From the IMG/VR virus record IMGVR_UViG_3300037511_000368, positions 1-40,635 of that record: a stretch of DNA of 40,635 nt, one strand, 5' to 3'. Within the stretch, counting starts at the first letter, position 1. Each line of letters starts with the position of its first letter. Below the pieces are notes generated by a model. It saw only the letters and a program-made list of their open reading frames with translations, was not told the origin of the DNA and ran no database searches. A program made the translations under genes and the position numbers. Shown in pieces: positions 15,741 through 24,176 of the stretch. This DNA comes from a virus.

Positions 15741-16168
15741 CCTTCCCTATTGTTCAGCAGCCAACTCTGCCTCCAAACACGATAGTCCCTGAAGATAAGA
15801 GCCTATACATCTCTTACTTTAATCAGCTCTACCAAGATATCGCATTCGCAGTAAACGAAAGAGACAATACTGAGTTTCCATTTGCTATTACATCAACTGC
15901 ACAGAACATTCCGAATCTGCCAAACTTCGGGGCTTTCATTATTTGTGTTAGCGGCTCCAATACCACTCTGCCAACATTAACTGCCAGCCTTTGCAAGGCA
16001 GACGCAACAGCTGCAGGCTCCATAGCAACCCTAGGATCTCAAGTAGGGACTAGCGCTTGGGCTGGGAACGCTCTCACCATAACCTCTACAGCAACCAACT
16101 TCCAAATAGCTCACAATCGAGCCGGTGTTACCGGAAACTTCAACATTAGAATCATCGGAACTCAATGA
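15737..16168 (+). CDS. Virion-module protein (143 aa)
   Basis: ORF track; ATGA overlap with the upstream gene. Confidence 0.55.
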   Translation: MTFPIVQQPTLPPNTIVPEDKSLYISYFNQLYQDIAFAVNERDNTEFPFAITSTAQNIPNLPNFGAFIICVSGSNTTLPTLTASLCKADATAAGSIATLGSQVGTSAWAGNALTITSTATNFQIAHNRAGVTGNFNIRIIGTQ

Positions 16169-16177
16169 GGAATCCAT

Positions 16178-16648
16178 ATGACTACAAAATCGACAGATCC
16201 GCAAAACGTGTCGAAAAATTCAGAAAAAATCGACATATCTGAACTTCAATTCGTAAGATTAAAGATCCCCAGGCTCATCCCTATAGATCTAATCGAATCG
16301 GTGAAAGGGAGGACGTTTTCTCCCGAACAGTTTTATGTCTACCAAGAGAATCAGATTGATAACCCCAACAATCATCTCTATGTAGTCATAGACTCTAAGA
16401 AGAAAATTCACGGCTACCTATGGGCAGAGGTTAATATTTTGGATAGTAGTCTCTTTGTAAATACTTTCTCAATCGGGAAAGATTTTTGGGGCAAAGGGAA
16501 GGGAATTGATGCCGCTATTCAGTTTATCTCTAAACTAAAAGACAAGATCAAGGCCTCGAGAGTCCTGTGGTGTACGACCAACGAAAAGTTCTTCGCCAAG
16601 CACGGATTCAAGCGTTCTAAGATTACTCTTATGGAGTATTTGTCTTAA
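16178..16648 (+). CDS. GNAT-family N-acetyltransferase (156 aa)
   Basis: GNAT core pattern: HGYLWAEV..., LFVNTFSIGKDFWGKGKGIDAAIQFISKL (motif A-like xxGxG) and NEKFFAKHGFKRS (the typical N..a..fY.k.GF ending). Confidence 0.65.
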   Translation: MTTKSTDPQNVSKNSEKIDISELQFVRLKIPRLIPIDLIESVKGRTFSPEQFYVYQENQIDNPNNHLYVVIDSKKKIHGYLWAEVNILDSSLFVNTFSIGKDFWGKGKGIDAAIQFISKLKDKIKASRVLWCTTNEKFFAKHGFKRSKITLMEYLS

Positions 16649-16680
16649 TGGTATTATAAAAATAACTATACAGGTGAAGC

Positions 16681-17238
16681 ATGGGCCAGTCCAAGACGTT
16701 TATGAATAGTGGATACAATCAGCTGCCTACTCTCAATCCCGAGCAGCTCTCTTTACTTTCTCAGGTAATCCGAAGCTCGCAGCCACACATCAATCAGGCC
16801 GCTGAAGGGTTTCAGCAGTTTTTGCCAGGCGGCGGAGGCGGACAGCATATCATAAATGCCGCAATGAACCAATATCAGCAGCGAACGATACCTTCTATTC
16901 TAAACGCGCTGGGAACCGATTCTAAAGGCTCTAGCGGCTTAAATCAGGCCCTTGCGGCAAGTGCGTCGGACCTGAACACGAATCTGGGTGCTCAGCTGGC
17001 AAATATGCAGCTGAATGCTGCTAGCGGGCTCGGAAATCTCGGGTTAAATCAGCAAAGCCAAGGACTCGGCACTCAGAGCTTCAGATATCAACAAGCGCAA
17101 CCCCCGATGTGGCAGCAGCTTTTAGGCCCGTTAATCGGAGCCGCTTCTTCCTTTGGATCAGCTGGTCTATTGGGAAGCGCATACAGAGCTGGGGGGTCTT
17201 CAGTTCCTCCACTAGGACAAGCGGCGCAAGTTTATTAA
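16681..17238 (+). CDS. Gln/Gly/Ser/Leu-rich putative internal virion protein (185 aa)
   Basis: Low-complexity composition. It sits between the tail genes and the large internal-like proteins. Confidence 0.4.
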   Translation: MGQSKTFMNSGYNQLPTLNPEQLSLLSQVIRSSQPHINQAAEGFQQFLPGGGGGQHIINAAMNQYQQRTIPSILNALGTDSKGSSGLNQALAASASDLNTNLGAQLANMQLNAASGLGNLGLNQQSQGLGTQSFRYQQAQPPMWQQLLGPLIGAASSFGSAGLLGSAYRAGGSSVPPLGQAAQVY

Positions 17239-17255
17239 CGAAAAAGAGGTAAGCA

Positions 17256-18179
17256 ATGTCCGGTCCGGTTCTTCCATATATTCCTGGGTTTGGGGAGCAG
17301 TTGGCTCCTTATATCACTCAATCATCCTCAATCCTTTCTGACGCATTGCTTAAAAGAGCTCAGTCTTATCAACAGCAGGCCTCTCTTAAAAAGCTTATGG
17401 CCTTGGAAACCCAAGGGAATGCTCCTGCAACACCAGACAACTCTTCAGCATCTCCTGCCAAGGCTGCAATCCAGGGAGCGGAAAAAGCATCTCCAGGAAT
17501 CTCTCCTATCAACTCCATTGCAAAATACGAACTAGCGAAACAGGCTCTAGGAGAAGAAGGGGCTAGGATTTACATCAATCATGACCTCGAGAGAACAAAG
17601 CTCCAGCAGAAAGAGGCTTTGGCCCTTCAGGCCGAAGAAAGAGCTTATAAAGCTCCAGCGATCAAATCTTTTTACGAAGATCTAGAAGGACAGAGGCAGA
17701 AGATTGACGAGCAAGATTTCGCAGCGAAGTCAGTTGTAAACGCCATAAATACCGGGCAAACTGGAACATTTAGCTCTGCAAACCTAGGGTCTTTTCTAGA
17801 GAACCTAGGAGCTCCTCCTGAAATAAGAAAAGCTCTTGAGACGCCAGGCTCTAAGGAATTCAAGGCCGCTTCTAAGACATTTTTAGCCAACACAATGCGA
17901 GATACCTTTAAAGGGACCACAACTGGCCGAGAAATCTCTATTGGAGAGCAGATTGGTGCCGAGTTAGGGGTAAACGAAAACGCTAACCTTGCTGCCGCCT
18001 TTTTCCAGCAAGCTAAAATCAATATAGCCAAAGAAAAGATCCGCTTGGTTGATGAATTGACTGCTGAAGGTGTAGCTCCTTCTAAAATCCCAGCGGTGGT
18101 TGACAAAATGATTAAGCCATTTGTTGAGGAAGAAAAGAAGGAATATTTCGAAGCGGTAAGAGAATTAGGGTTTAGATAA
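17256..18179 (+). CDS. Putative internal virion/ejection protein (307 aa)
   Basis: Helical, charged composition. Positional analogy to podovirus core proteins. Confidence 0.4.
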   Translation: MSGPVLPYIPGFGEQLAPYITQSSSILSDALLKRAQSYQQQASLKKLMALETQGNAPATPDNSSASPAKAAIQGAEKASPGISPINSIAKYELAKQALGEEGARIYINHDLERTKLQQKEALALQAEERAYKAPAIKSFYEDLEGQRQKIDEQDFAAKSVVNAINTGQTGTFSSANLGSFLENLGAPPEIRKALETPGSKEFKAASKTFLANTMRDTFKGTTTGREISIGEQIGAELGVNENANLAAAFFQQAKINIAKEKIRLVDELTAEGVAPSKIPAVVDKMIKPFVEEEKKEYFEAVRELGFR

Positions 18180-19867
18180 TGGCTAAGGAAAACAAGTTCT
18201 TAATTCAGATGCAGAAAAAAGAACCAGATTCTCCTGACGTTCCTAAAGAAAAAACCCCCGAGATTAAAAATAAATTTCTAGCTCAAATCCAAAATCGACC
18301 ACAAGCTCCAGAAGGTGTTCTTAAAAGTGGTGCACGTACAGCTGCTCAAGTCCCTTTATCGGCTCTACAGAGATGGACGTGGCCTCTTTCTCTTCTGCAG
18401 TTGGCCGGTCAAGGTGAGGCTATCGGAGGTCTCGAAGAGCTAGAAGAAAGAATCCCTGAGCTTATGGAAAAGTTCCCCCAGGCTCCATGGCCTGAGAATT
18501 TTTCCAAGGAAGAGTTTCGAAAGCAATATCAAGAAGGGCTCCAACAGGCGAATCAGTATTTCCCAAGTCAGCAAAATGCTGAAAGAATCGTCGAAGAAAA
18601 AACTGGTATTCCTTTACAGCCAAAGACTGCTCTGCAAAAAACCATAAGACTTGGCGGAACTGCTGCAACATTTAGACCGGGTGGGTTGGCAGAAAAAGGG
18701 ACAGCCGCTGTAGTAGCTCCTGTTGCGAAAAAGGCTCTTGAAGTTGCTGGAGTCCCTGAGGGCTTGGCAGAAGCTGGCGGTTTGCTCGCTTCTGGATTAG
18801 CTCCCACAGCTGAAGTTTCTAAGAGCGTAAAACCCTCGGGGATGCCAGAAAGAAGATTCGAGAGCGTTTCAAAGCCCACTAAAATCTCTCCAGCCCGTCA
18901 TGAGAAAATAACGGAATCCGTAGAACAAGACTTTCGTAAGATTTCAGACCAGATCTTGCAGAAAAACAAAACATACTCCGCCCTTAAAGAAGACAACCTT
19001 TTCAAAGAAAAGGTGAGCGGGCTATTTGACGAGGTAGATAAGCTTGCGGAGCAGGTAGAGGGCGCCATTTACCCTTCTGAAATCCGAGCTTCCTTAAGAA
19101 AAAAAGTAGCTGAGCATGGAGAAAAGGGCATATCTCCCGACGAGTTTGAGCGCGCTTACAGAAAAGAAATAAAAAGAATCATGAAAGAAACCCCTCTCTC
19201 TGATTTAACCGCTCAGCAAGGGGTTGCGCAATTCAGAAAGAATAATAAGGCTCTTAAAGAGCACTATGAGCCAGGAAAATCCTCAGCATTTAACAGAGCG
19301 AAAAAACAAGCTCTCTTAGACTACAACAAAGCCATTGAAGAACAGTTTTCAAAAAACTACCCAGATACTCAATTTGAAAAGACGTTCAAATTTACCAATA
19401 AACGGTGGCAGGAAATAAGCGACGTAGAGGCTGCAGAAGGGTTCATTCAGGACGTCTTTGATGGAAAGATCAACTATAGTAAGGCCAAGGAAATCTTTTC
19501 TAAGGACAAAGAGCACACTTCCCGTCCTTTTAAGCGCCTTCTAGGTGATGATGGCTTTAAAGCGTTTAAAGAGCTGACCGAAGACCTTCTCTCAAGCGAA
19601 AAGGCATACGCTCAGTTAAAAAAGGCCTCAGACCAAGGGTACAAAGATTTGGCTCAGCTTGGGACCGAATATCTTATCCATCCCAAAATAGCCACCACCC
19701 ATATCTTGGCAAAAAGCGGCCGTCGTCTTTATCAAATGCTTCTAGATAAGCCTAAGCTAGCTGTAGAATGGAAGAACGCCTTAGACAATCTTAAAGCCGG
19801 TAAATTGGCTGAAGCTCAAGTTCAGTTTAAAAACCTAGATGAGCTTGTCAAAAAGGAAGAAGAGTAA
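18179..19867 (+). CDS. Putative internal virion/ejection protein (562 aa)
   Basis: Large, helical, Lys/Glu-rich protein. I saw no lytic transglycosylase motif. The call is positional. Confidence 0.4.
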   Translation: MAKENKFLIQMQKKEPDSPDVPKEKTPEIKNKFLAQIQNRPQAPEGVLKSGARTAAQVPLSALQRWTWPLSLLQLAGQGEAIGGLEELEERIPELMEKFPQAPWPENFSKEEFRKQYQEGLQQANQYFPSQQNAERIVEEKTGIPLQPKTALQKTIRLGGTAATFRPGGLAEKGTAAVVAPVAKKALEVAGVPEGLAEAGGLLASGLAPTAEVSKSVKPSGMPERRFESVSKPTKISPARHEKITESVEQDFRKISDQILQKNKTYSALKEDNLFKEKVSGLFDEVDKLAEQVEGAIYPSEIRASLRKKVAEHGEKGISPDEFERAYRKEIKRIMKETPLSDLTAQQGVAQFRKNNKALKEHYEPGKSSAFNRAKKQALLDYNKAIEEQFSKNYPDTQFEKTFKFTNKRWQEISDVEAAEGFIQDVFDGKINYSKAKEIFSKDKEHTSRPFKRLLGDDGFKAFKELTEDLLSSEKAYAQLKKASDQGYKDLAQLGTEYLIHPKIATTHILAKSGRRLYQMLLDKPKLAVEWKNALDNLKAGKLAEAQVQFKNLDELVKKEEE

Positions 19868-19960
19868 TTTACTCTATTTTCGAGAAAATCCAAGCAAAAA
19901 AAGCTGCTACTATCCACGACATATTAATTATTTTTCTATCCTCTATTTCATTTTGTAGGT

Positions 19961-20194
19961 TTACTTTTTCTCTCTTAACAAGAGCTTAACTTCGGACTGA
20001 AAATCGTCTTCGTTCTTCTGTTCTAGTCTTCCCAGACGGACTTTTACATCTGAAATGTCAGATTTAATGTCTTTTAAATCAGATGCCATTGAATCGATTT
20101 TCTCGAAAATTTTCCCAACTTTAAGAATCGTGAGAAATATTCCCACACCAATCCCCGAGCTAAGAATAAGATGAACAATTTCAGTGGCTGTCAT
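19961..20194 (-). CDS. Single-pass membrane plus coiled-coil small protein (77 aa), lone reverse gene inside the late region
   Basis: ORF track. TM segment LILSSGIGVGIFLTIL followed by KIDSMASDLKDIKSDISDVKVRLGRLE. Same architecture as 35852..36055. Confidence 0.6.
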   Translation of the reverse strand: MTATEIVHLILSSGIGVGIFLTILKVGKIFEKIDSMASDLKDIKSDISDVKVRLGRLEQKNEDDFQSEVKLLLREKK

Positions 20195-20294
20195 GGCGGC
20201 TCCTTTTATCCCATCAATAATACCACAACCCCCTTTCCAGTCAACTCTTAATGAAATTTGTTATAAAATAAACTTGACGGTCTAGGAGGTCCCT

Positions 20295-20528
20295 ATGCGA
20301 TATTTCTGGGTTTTTACATCTACTGCCATCTTGGTTCTTGGGGTTGTTCGATTTGTCGATCGGCAACAAGACACAGAAGAAGAGTGGCATGGATATTCAG
20401 AGCTTACTTCACCTACAGAAGTTGACATGTTCGAAGCTGCAAAATGGGCTCTCAACGCCCTTACGGACAGTAGTGTGGACTGGAATAGCGTAGGGTCCCA
20501 GCCCCCCGATAACCGTCAAGAAAACTAA
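20295..20528 (+). CDS. Small membrane-anchored protein (77 aa)
   Basis: AGGAGG SD; N-terminal TM segment YFWVFTSTAILVLGVV. Confidence 0.55.
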   Translation: MRYFWVFTSTAILVLGVVRFVDRQQDTEEEWHGYSELTSPTEVDMFEAAKWALNALTDSSVDWNSVGSQPPDNRQEN

Positions 20529-20598
20529 ATATGATAGAGATAAAAATAAATATATTCTAAAATTTAGTTAACACCATAACACAGCCTAAGGAGCCTTC

Positions 20599-21726
20599 AT
20601 GCCCAATCTTCCAGACAGTCCAGACTTCAGTTCTTATTTCGGAGGCGGACAGGTCCCAAATCCAGCCCCAGTTATCTATTCTCCTGGTACTGCACCAGCT
20701 AACAACGCAGCGGTTCGTGGAGGTATCATCGATATCGACCCAACCAACGGAAACGTATACATGTCCAGCAAGCCTGGTACATGGATTTTCTTGGGTGGAG
20801 CAACTGGCGCCGTAGCTACATTGACCGGTGACAGCGGGGGTGCAATCTCCCCATCTGGCGGAAACATTTCTCTTCTTGGAACTGCTAACCAGATTACAAC
20901 CACAGGGACAACCAACACCATCACATGGAGCCTCCCATCAGCTATCACAGCTCCTGGCTCTTTGACAACAACAACTTCCCTAGCAGCCACAACAACAGTC
21001 ACAGCGGGTACTGGATTAACAGTAACAACTGGCGGAGCGTCTGTAACCGGAACTACAAACATCAACACAACAGGCTCTGGCGTAACTAGCATTGGTACTG
21101 GTGGAACAGGCGCAACTAACATTGGTAACGCTACTGGAAACACTGCAGTAACTGGAAGTCTCACGGCCTCTACCGGGCTAGTTGCTACAACGGGCGGAAT
21201 TACTGCTACTGGAACCAGCAACATTAATACTAGCGGATCTGGAGTTACATCCATTGGAACGGGAGGAACTGGAGCAACCAACATTGGTAACGCGACAGGG
21301 AACACCGCGGTAACCGGATCTTTAACAGCATCGACAACCCTGACTGCCACTTCCGGAGCTATTACAGCTACTAACGGAAACTTCGTTGGAAGCGCGGCAG
21401 GAACTGGGATTTTACTTAACTCTAACAGCGCCTCTGGAGCTGCTGCCAGCCCTGTTGTAGTTAACGGACGTTCAGGTAGAGCTACGTTTACTTCGGTCAG
21501 CATCGCTGCCGCTGCAGACTTAACTCTGACATTAACTAACTCTTCTATCACTGCCTCTACAACTATCGTTCTTATCTCCTTGAGTGGAGCAACGACAGGT
21601 TCGGCTCTTTCAGTGAAAAGCAAGACGGCATCATCGGGTTCTTTGGCTGTGGTAGTTACCAACGGCACAGGAGCTACAACAACAACTGCAGATATCCAAA
21701 TGGACTTCTTGGTAGTTAACGCATAA
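20599..21726 (+). CDS. Tail fibre/spike protein A (375 aa), Thr/Gly/Ser-rich with an internal tandem repeat
   Basis: TAAGGAG SD. The N-terminal 120 aa are paralogous to 24177..26009 (MPN.P..P...GGQ.PNAP...NAAVRGG.IDID...KPG.W...TLTGDSGGA). Confidence 0.75.
   Translation: MPNLPDSPDFSSYFGGGQVPNPAPVIYSPGTAPANNAAVRGGIIDIDPTNGNVYMSSKPGTWIFLGGATGAVATLTGDSGGAISPSGGNISLLGTANQITTTGTTNTITWSLPSAITAPGSLTTTTSLAATTTVTAGTGLTVTTGGASVTGTTNINTTGSGVTSIGTGGTGATNIGNATGNTAVTGSLTASTGLVATTGGITATGTSNINTSGSGVTSIGTGGTGATNIGNATGNTAVTGSLTASTTLTATSGAITATNGNFVGSAAGTGILLNSNSASGAAASPVVVNGRSGRATFTSVSIAAAADLTLTLTNSSITASTTIVLISLSGATTGSALSVKSKTASSGSLAVVVTNGTGATTTTADIQMDFLVVNA
21046..21369 (+). repeat. In-frame tandem duplication, 2 x 162 nt (2 x 54 aa), inside fibre A
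   Basis: Units are 21046-21207 and 21208-21369. 48 of 54 residues are identical, but only 15 of 54 codons are identical (hand count). Confidence 0.85.
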
Positions 21727-21736
21727 GGAGTGTCCA

Positions 21737-22078
21737 ATGACTGGAAGTGTAATTAAAGCAACCTTTGACACTCTTAGGGTCCTAGCTTTTGGTGGTATCA
21801 GTGGTACCTACGCAGCTGTTGGATCGGCATTCACTCGTCCTGTGAGACTTCTTAAGATATATAATGGGACAGACTCCCTTTTAAGGATCTCTCTAGATGG
21901 ATCTACAGATAACGACATGCTTCCAAGCTTAAGTGGGCAAATCTACGACATCACCTCAGACAAGGTTGATGATGGGGGGTTCTTCATACCAACTGCAGCT
22001 AGAGTCTACGTTAAGACTGAAAGCGGCTCTCCATCTTCAGGAAGCGTCTATGTAACCGTGATAGGGGCAGCTACATGA
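21737..22078 (+). CDS. Fibre-locus small protein (113 aa)
   Basis: ORF track; tightly coupled within the fibre operon. Confidence 0.55.
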   Translation: MTGSVIKATFDTLRVLAFGGISGTYAAVGSAFTRPVRLLKIYNGTDSLLRISLDGSTDNDMLPSLSGQIYDITSDKVDDGGFFIPTAARVYVKTESGSPSSGSVYVTVIGAAT

Positions 22079-23160
22079 GTCAGTTTTATCTTAGGGAAGC
22101 AGGTGGGGCCGGAGCGGACATAGAGACCCTCACTGGCAATAGTGGTGGTGCTGTAGGTCCAGATGGATCATTCAACATCAATGTTATTGGATCTACTCAA
22201 AACGGGATCAACATTGTAGGTTCCCCAGGAGCTAATACTTTGACCGTATCAATGCAGTCTCCTTTTTCTGGAGACTTTACATTTGATAGTGGCGATCTTG
22301 CAGCTCAAACTGAAACATTGACTATATCTAACCTAGATACTGGCAGTGTTCTTTCTAGCGCTCAGTTGTTAGTAAAAGTAGCTGGAGCTGGTGGTGGAGA
22401 TCCTTACACTACTTACAATGTAACTGGAGCTTCGGATTGGTCAATTGGAGTTGATAACTCGGCGTCCGATGCTTTTGTGATTGCTGCGTCTGCTGCACTT
22501 GGCACAACTAACGCTGTGTCAATCAGCACATCAGGAACGACAACATTCCCTCTCGGAAATGTTAACTTATCCCGATCTCAAGTTGGTGGTGGCGTTTCTA
22601 TCGCCATGACTAATACCGACAACACAAATCCTGCGAGTGACTGCGCAATTGTCATGAACACTGGCGGATCTTCCGCCGGAGATACATTCATCACGTTTGC
22701 GAACACATCTGTTACAGCATGGACAGCTGGCTTAGATAACAGCGCATCTGATGCGTTTGTGATTGCAGCAAGTAGCACCCTTGGCACATCTAATGCAGTG
22801 TCTATTAATGCATCGACTCAAGATGTTACGGTACTTAACAACCTTTATGCGAAACGTCCGATTGTGACCCAGTCTGATTCGGCTACGTTTGCTTTAACGG
22901 ATGCGAATACATGGCAGAAATGCACTAAAGGAACGGCGATGACCCTGACTGTGCCTGCTAACGCAACTATTGCATTTCCTACCGGAACAGAGATTGAAGT
23001 GTACCAACAGGGGGCAGGTCAAGTCTCTATTGCTGCAGCAGGTGGCGTAACGATCAACAGTGCTTTTTCAAACTTGAAAATTGCGGCTCAATACACAGGT
23101 GCGATTCTTAAAAAGACAGACACTAACGTATGGGAGCTTTGGGGTAACTTGACTGCATGA
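22075..23160 (+). CDS. Tail fibre protein B (361 aa), mosaic
   Basis: Shares the TLTG(N/D)SGGAVGPD...N(I/V)..G and SPF.GDF.F modules with 24177..26009. It carries an internal duplicated module W..G.DNSASDAFVIAAS..LGT.NAVSI. Confidence 0.7.
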   Translation: MSQFYLREAGGAGADIETLTGNSGGAVGPDGSFNINVIGSTQNGINIVGSPGANTLTVSMQSPFSGDFTFDSGDLAAQTETLTISNLDTGSVLSSAQLLVKVAGAGGGDPYTTYNVTGASDWSIGVDNSASDAFVIAASAALGTTNAVSISTSGTTTFPLGNVNLSRSQVGGGVSIAMTNTDNTNPASDCAIVMNTGGSSAGDTFITFANTSVTAWTAGLDNSASDAFVIAASSTLGTSNAVSINASTQDVTVLNNLYAKRPIVTQSDSATFALTDANTWQKCTKGTAMTLTVPANATIAFPTGTEIEVYQQGAGQVSIAAAGGVTINSAFSNLKIAAQYTGAILKKTDTNVWELWGNLTA

Positions 23161-23891
23161 TCGGTAGCCGTGGAATGCTCTATCAGACTTTCAATCCACG
23201 GAATGTTGGCGGCCTTGTTCTTTGGTTAGATGCTACCGATCCAGCTGCTAATGGTGTTCAGCCTGCTAATAACGCAGCGATTGCTTCTTGGGTAGATAAG
23301 TCAACGGCTGCAAATACCGTTTCTCAAGGAACTGGAGCTAACCAGCCAACTTACAAAACGAACATCATCAATTCAAAGCCAGTAGTCAGGTTCAATGGGA
23401 GCACCACCTCTTTAGTTAAAACTACAGTCACAAGCCTCGGAAGTACCGCAACTGTTTTTGTTGTTGGAACCATAAATGACAACGGATTTTCAGCTGGAAC
23501 TTTTCTTGAATATTCTAATGCAGGTACTGTAAATACAGGCTGTCTTGTTCTTTATGAATCTGCTTTGTTGAAATGGCGTGTGGTTGTTGCAACGGTTATT
23601 GCCGATGCAACATACTCAACATCTTTGCCATATAGCGCAGTTACTACAGCATACAATAACGGATCGAACTCTTTTCTGTTAGTTAACGGTACGCAACAAG
23701 CTACTGCAGTGACTGGAAATATGGACGCTACAAGTAGGTTAACACTTGGCTCTTTAGTCAGTGGAATAGCTGGGTACTTTTTAAACGGAGATATCGCTGA
23801 AGTGATTGTCTACAATAGCTCAATTTCTTCTGCTGAAAGAACCTTGGTTTCAAGATATCTAGGAAATAAATGGGGATTTACAGTGGCATGA
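23157..23891 (+). CDS. LamG/ConA-like lectin-fold fibre-associated protein (244 aa)
   Basis: LVLWLDATDPA...ASWVDKS...GANQPTY...NSKPVVRFNG...GDIAEVIVYNS matches the LamG-type pattern common in phage fibre loci, from memory. Confidence 0.55.
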   Translation: MIGSRGMLYQTFNPRNVGGLVLWLDATDPAANGVQPANNAAIASWVDKSTAANTVSQGTGANQPTYKTNIINSKPVVRFNGSTTSLVKTTVTSLGSTATVFVVGTINDNGFSAGTFLEYSNAGTVNTGCLVLYESALLKWRVVVATVIADATYSTSLPYSAVTTAYNNGSNSFLLVNGTQQATAVTGNMDATSRLTLGSLVSGIAGYFLNGDIAEVIVYNSSISSAERTLVSRYLGNKWGFTVA

Positions 23892-24172
23892 TGTGGAACA
23901 CATATTTTACAGGCACTGAAGCAGACATTATTCAGGCAAATCATCAGATAGATCTCAACTGCGGATTCCCTGATCCACAAACTGAAACGTGGGCCATCCC
24001 TCAACAAGCATACGAGCAAGACTTCTGGTTTATTTTGATGCCCCCTCCCTCTGGCTACATGAATAACTACGGCACTTGGACGCAAGAGCAAATGATCGAC
24101 GGCGTACAAAATGTAAGCATTGAAGAAAGCCAATCTAACTGGTGGCCTCCAATTCCACCTAGCAAAGGATAA
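23888..24172 (+). CDS. Hypothetical Trp/Pro-rich small protein (94 aa)
   Basis: ATG at 23888 forms an ATGA overlap with the upstream stop. The ORF track starts it at 23870. Confidence 0.5.
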   Translation: MMWNTYFTGTEADIIQANHQIDLNCGFPDPQTETWAIPQQAYEQDFWFILMPPPSGYMNNYGTWTQEQMIDGVQNVSIEESQSNWWPPIPPSKG

Positions 24173-24176
24173 CTAG

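Noticed and set aside
18179-19867. The largest putative internal protein as a T7 gp16-like lytic transglycosylase or the missing endolysin
   Set aside because: I could not find a transglycosylase catalytic Glu context or any muralytic motif by eye. The protein is uniformly helical and Lys/Glu-rich. This remains unresolved without an HMM search.
21046-21369. The tandem 162-nt repeats as a CRISPR-like or satellite array
   Set aside because: There are only two units, they are in frame within a coding sequence, they have no unique spacers, and they are conserved at protein level.
20676-21737. 353-aa minus-strand ORF covering the whole of fibre gene A
   Set aside because: It is the antisense shadow of a low-complexity Thr/Gly/Ala-rich gene, where stop codons are rare in the reverse frame. 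The plus-strand gene has an SD, a paralogous N-terminus shared with 24177, and operon context.
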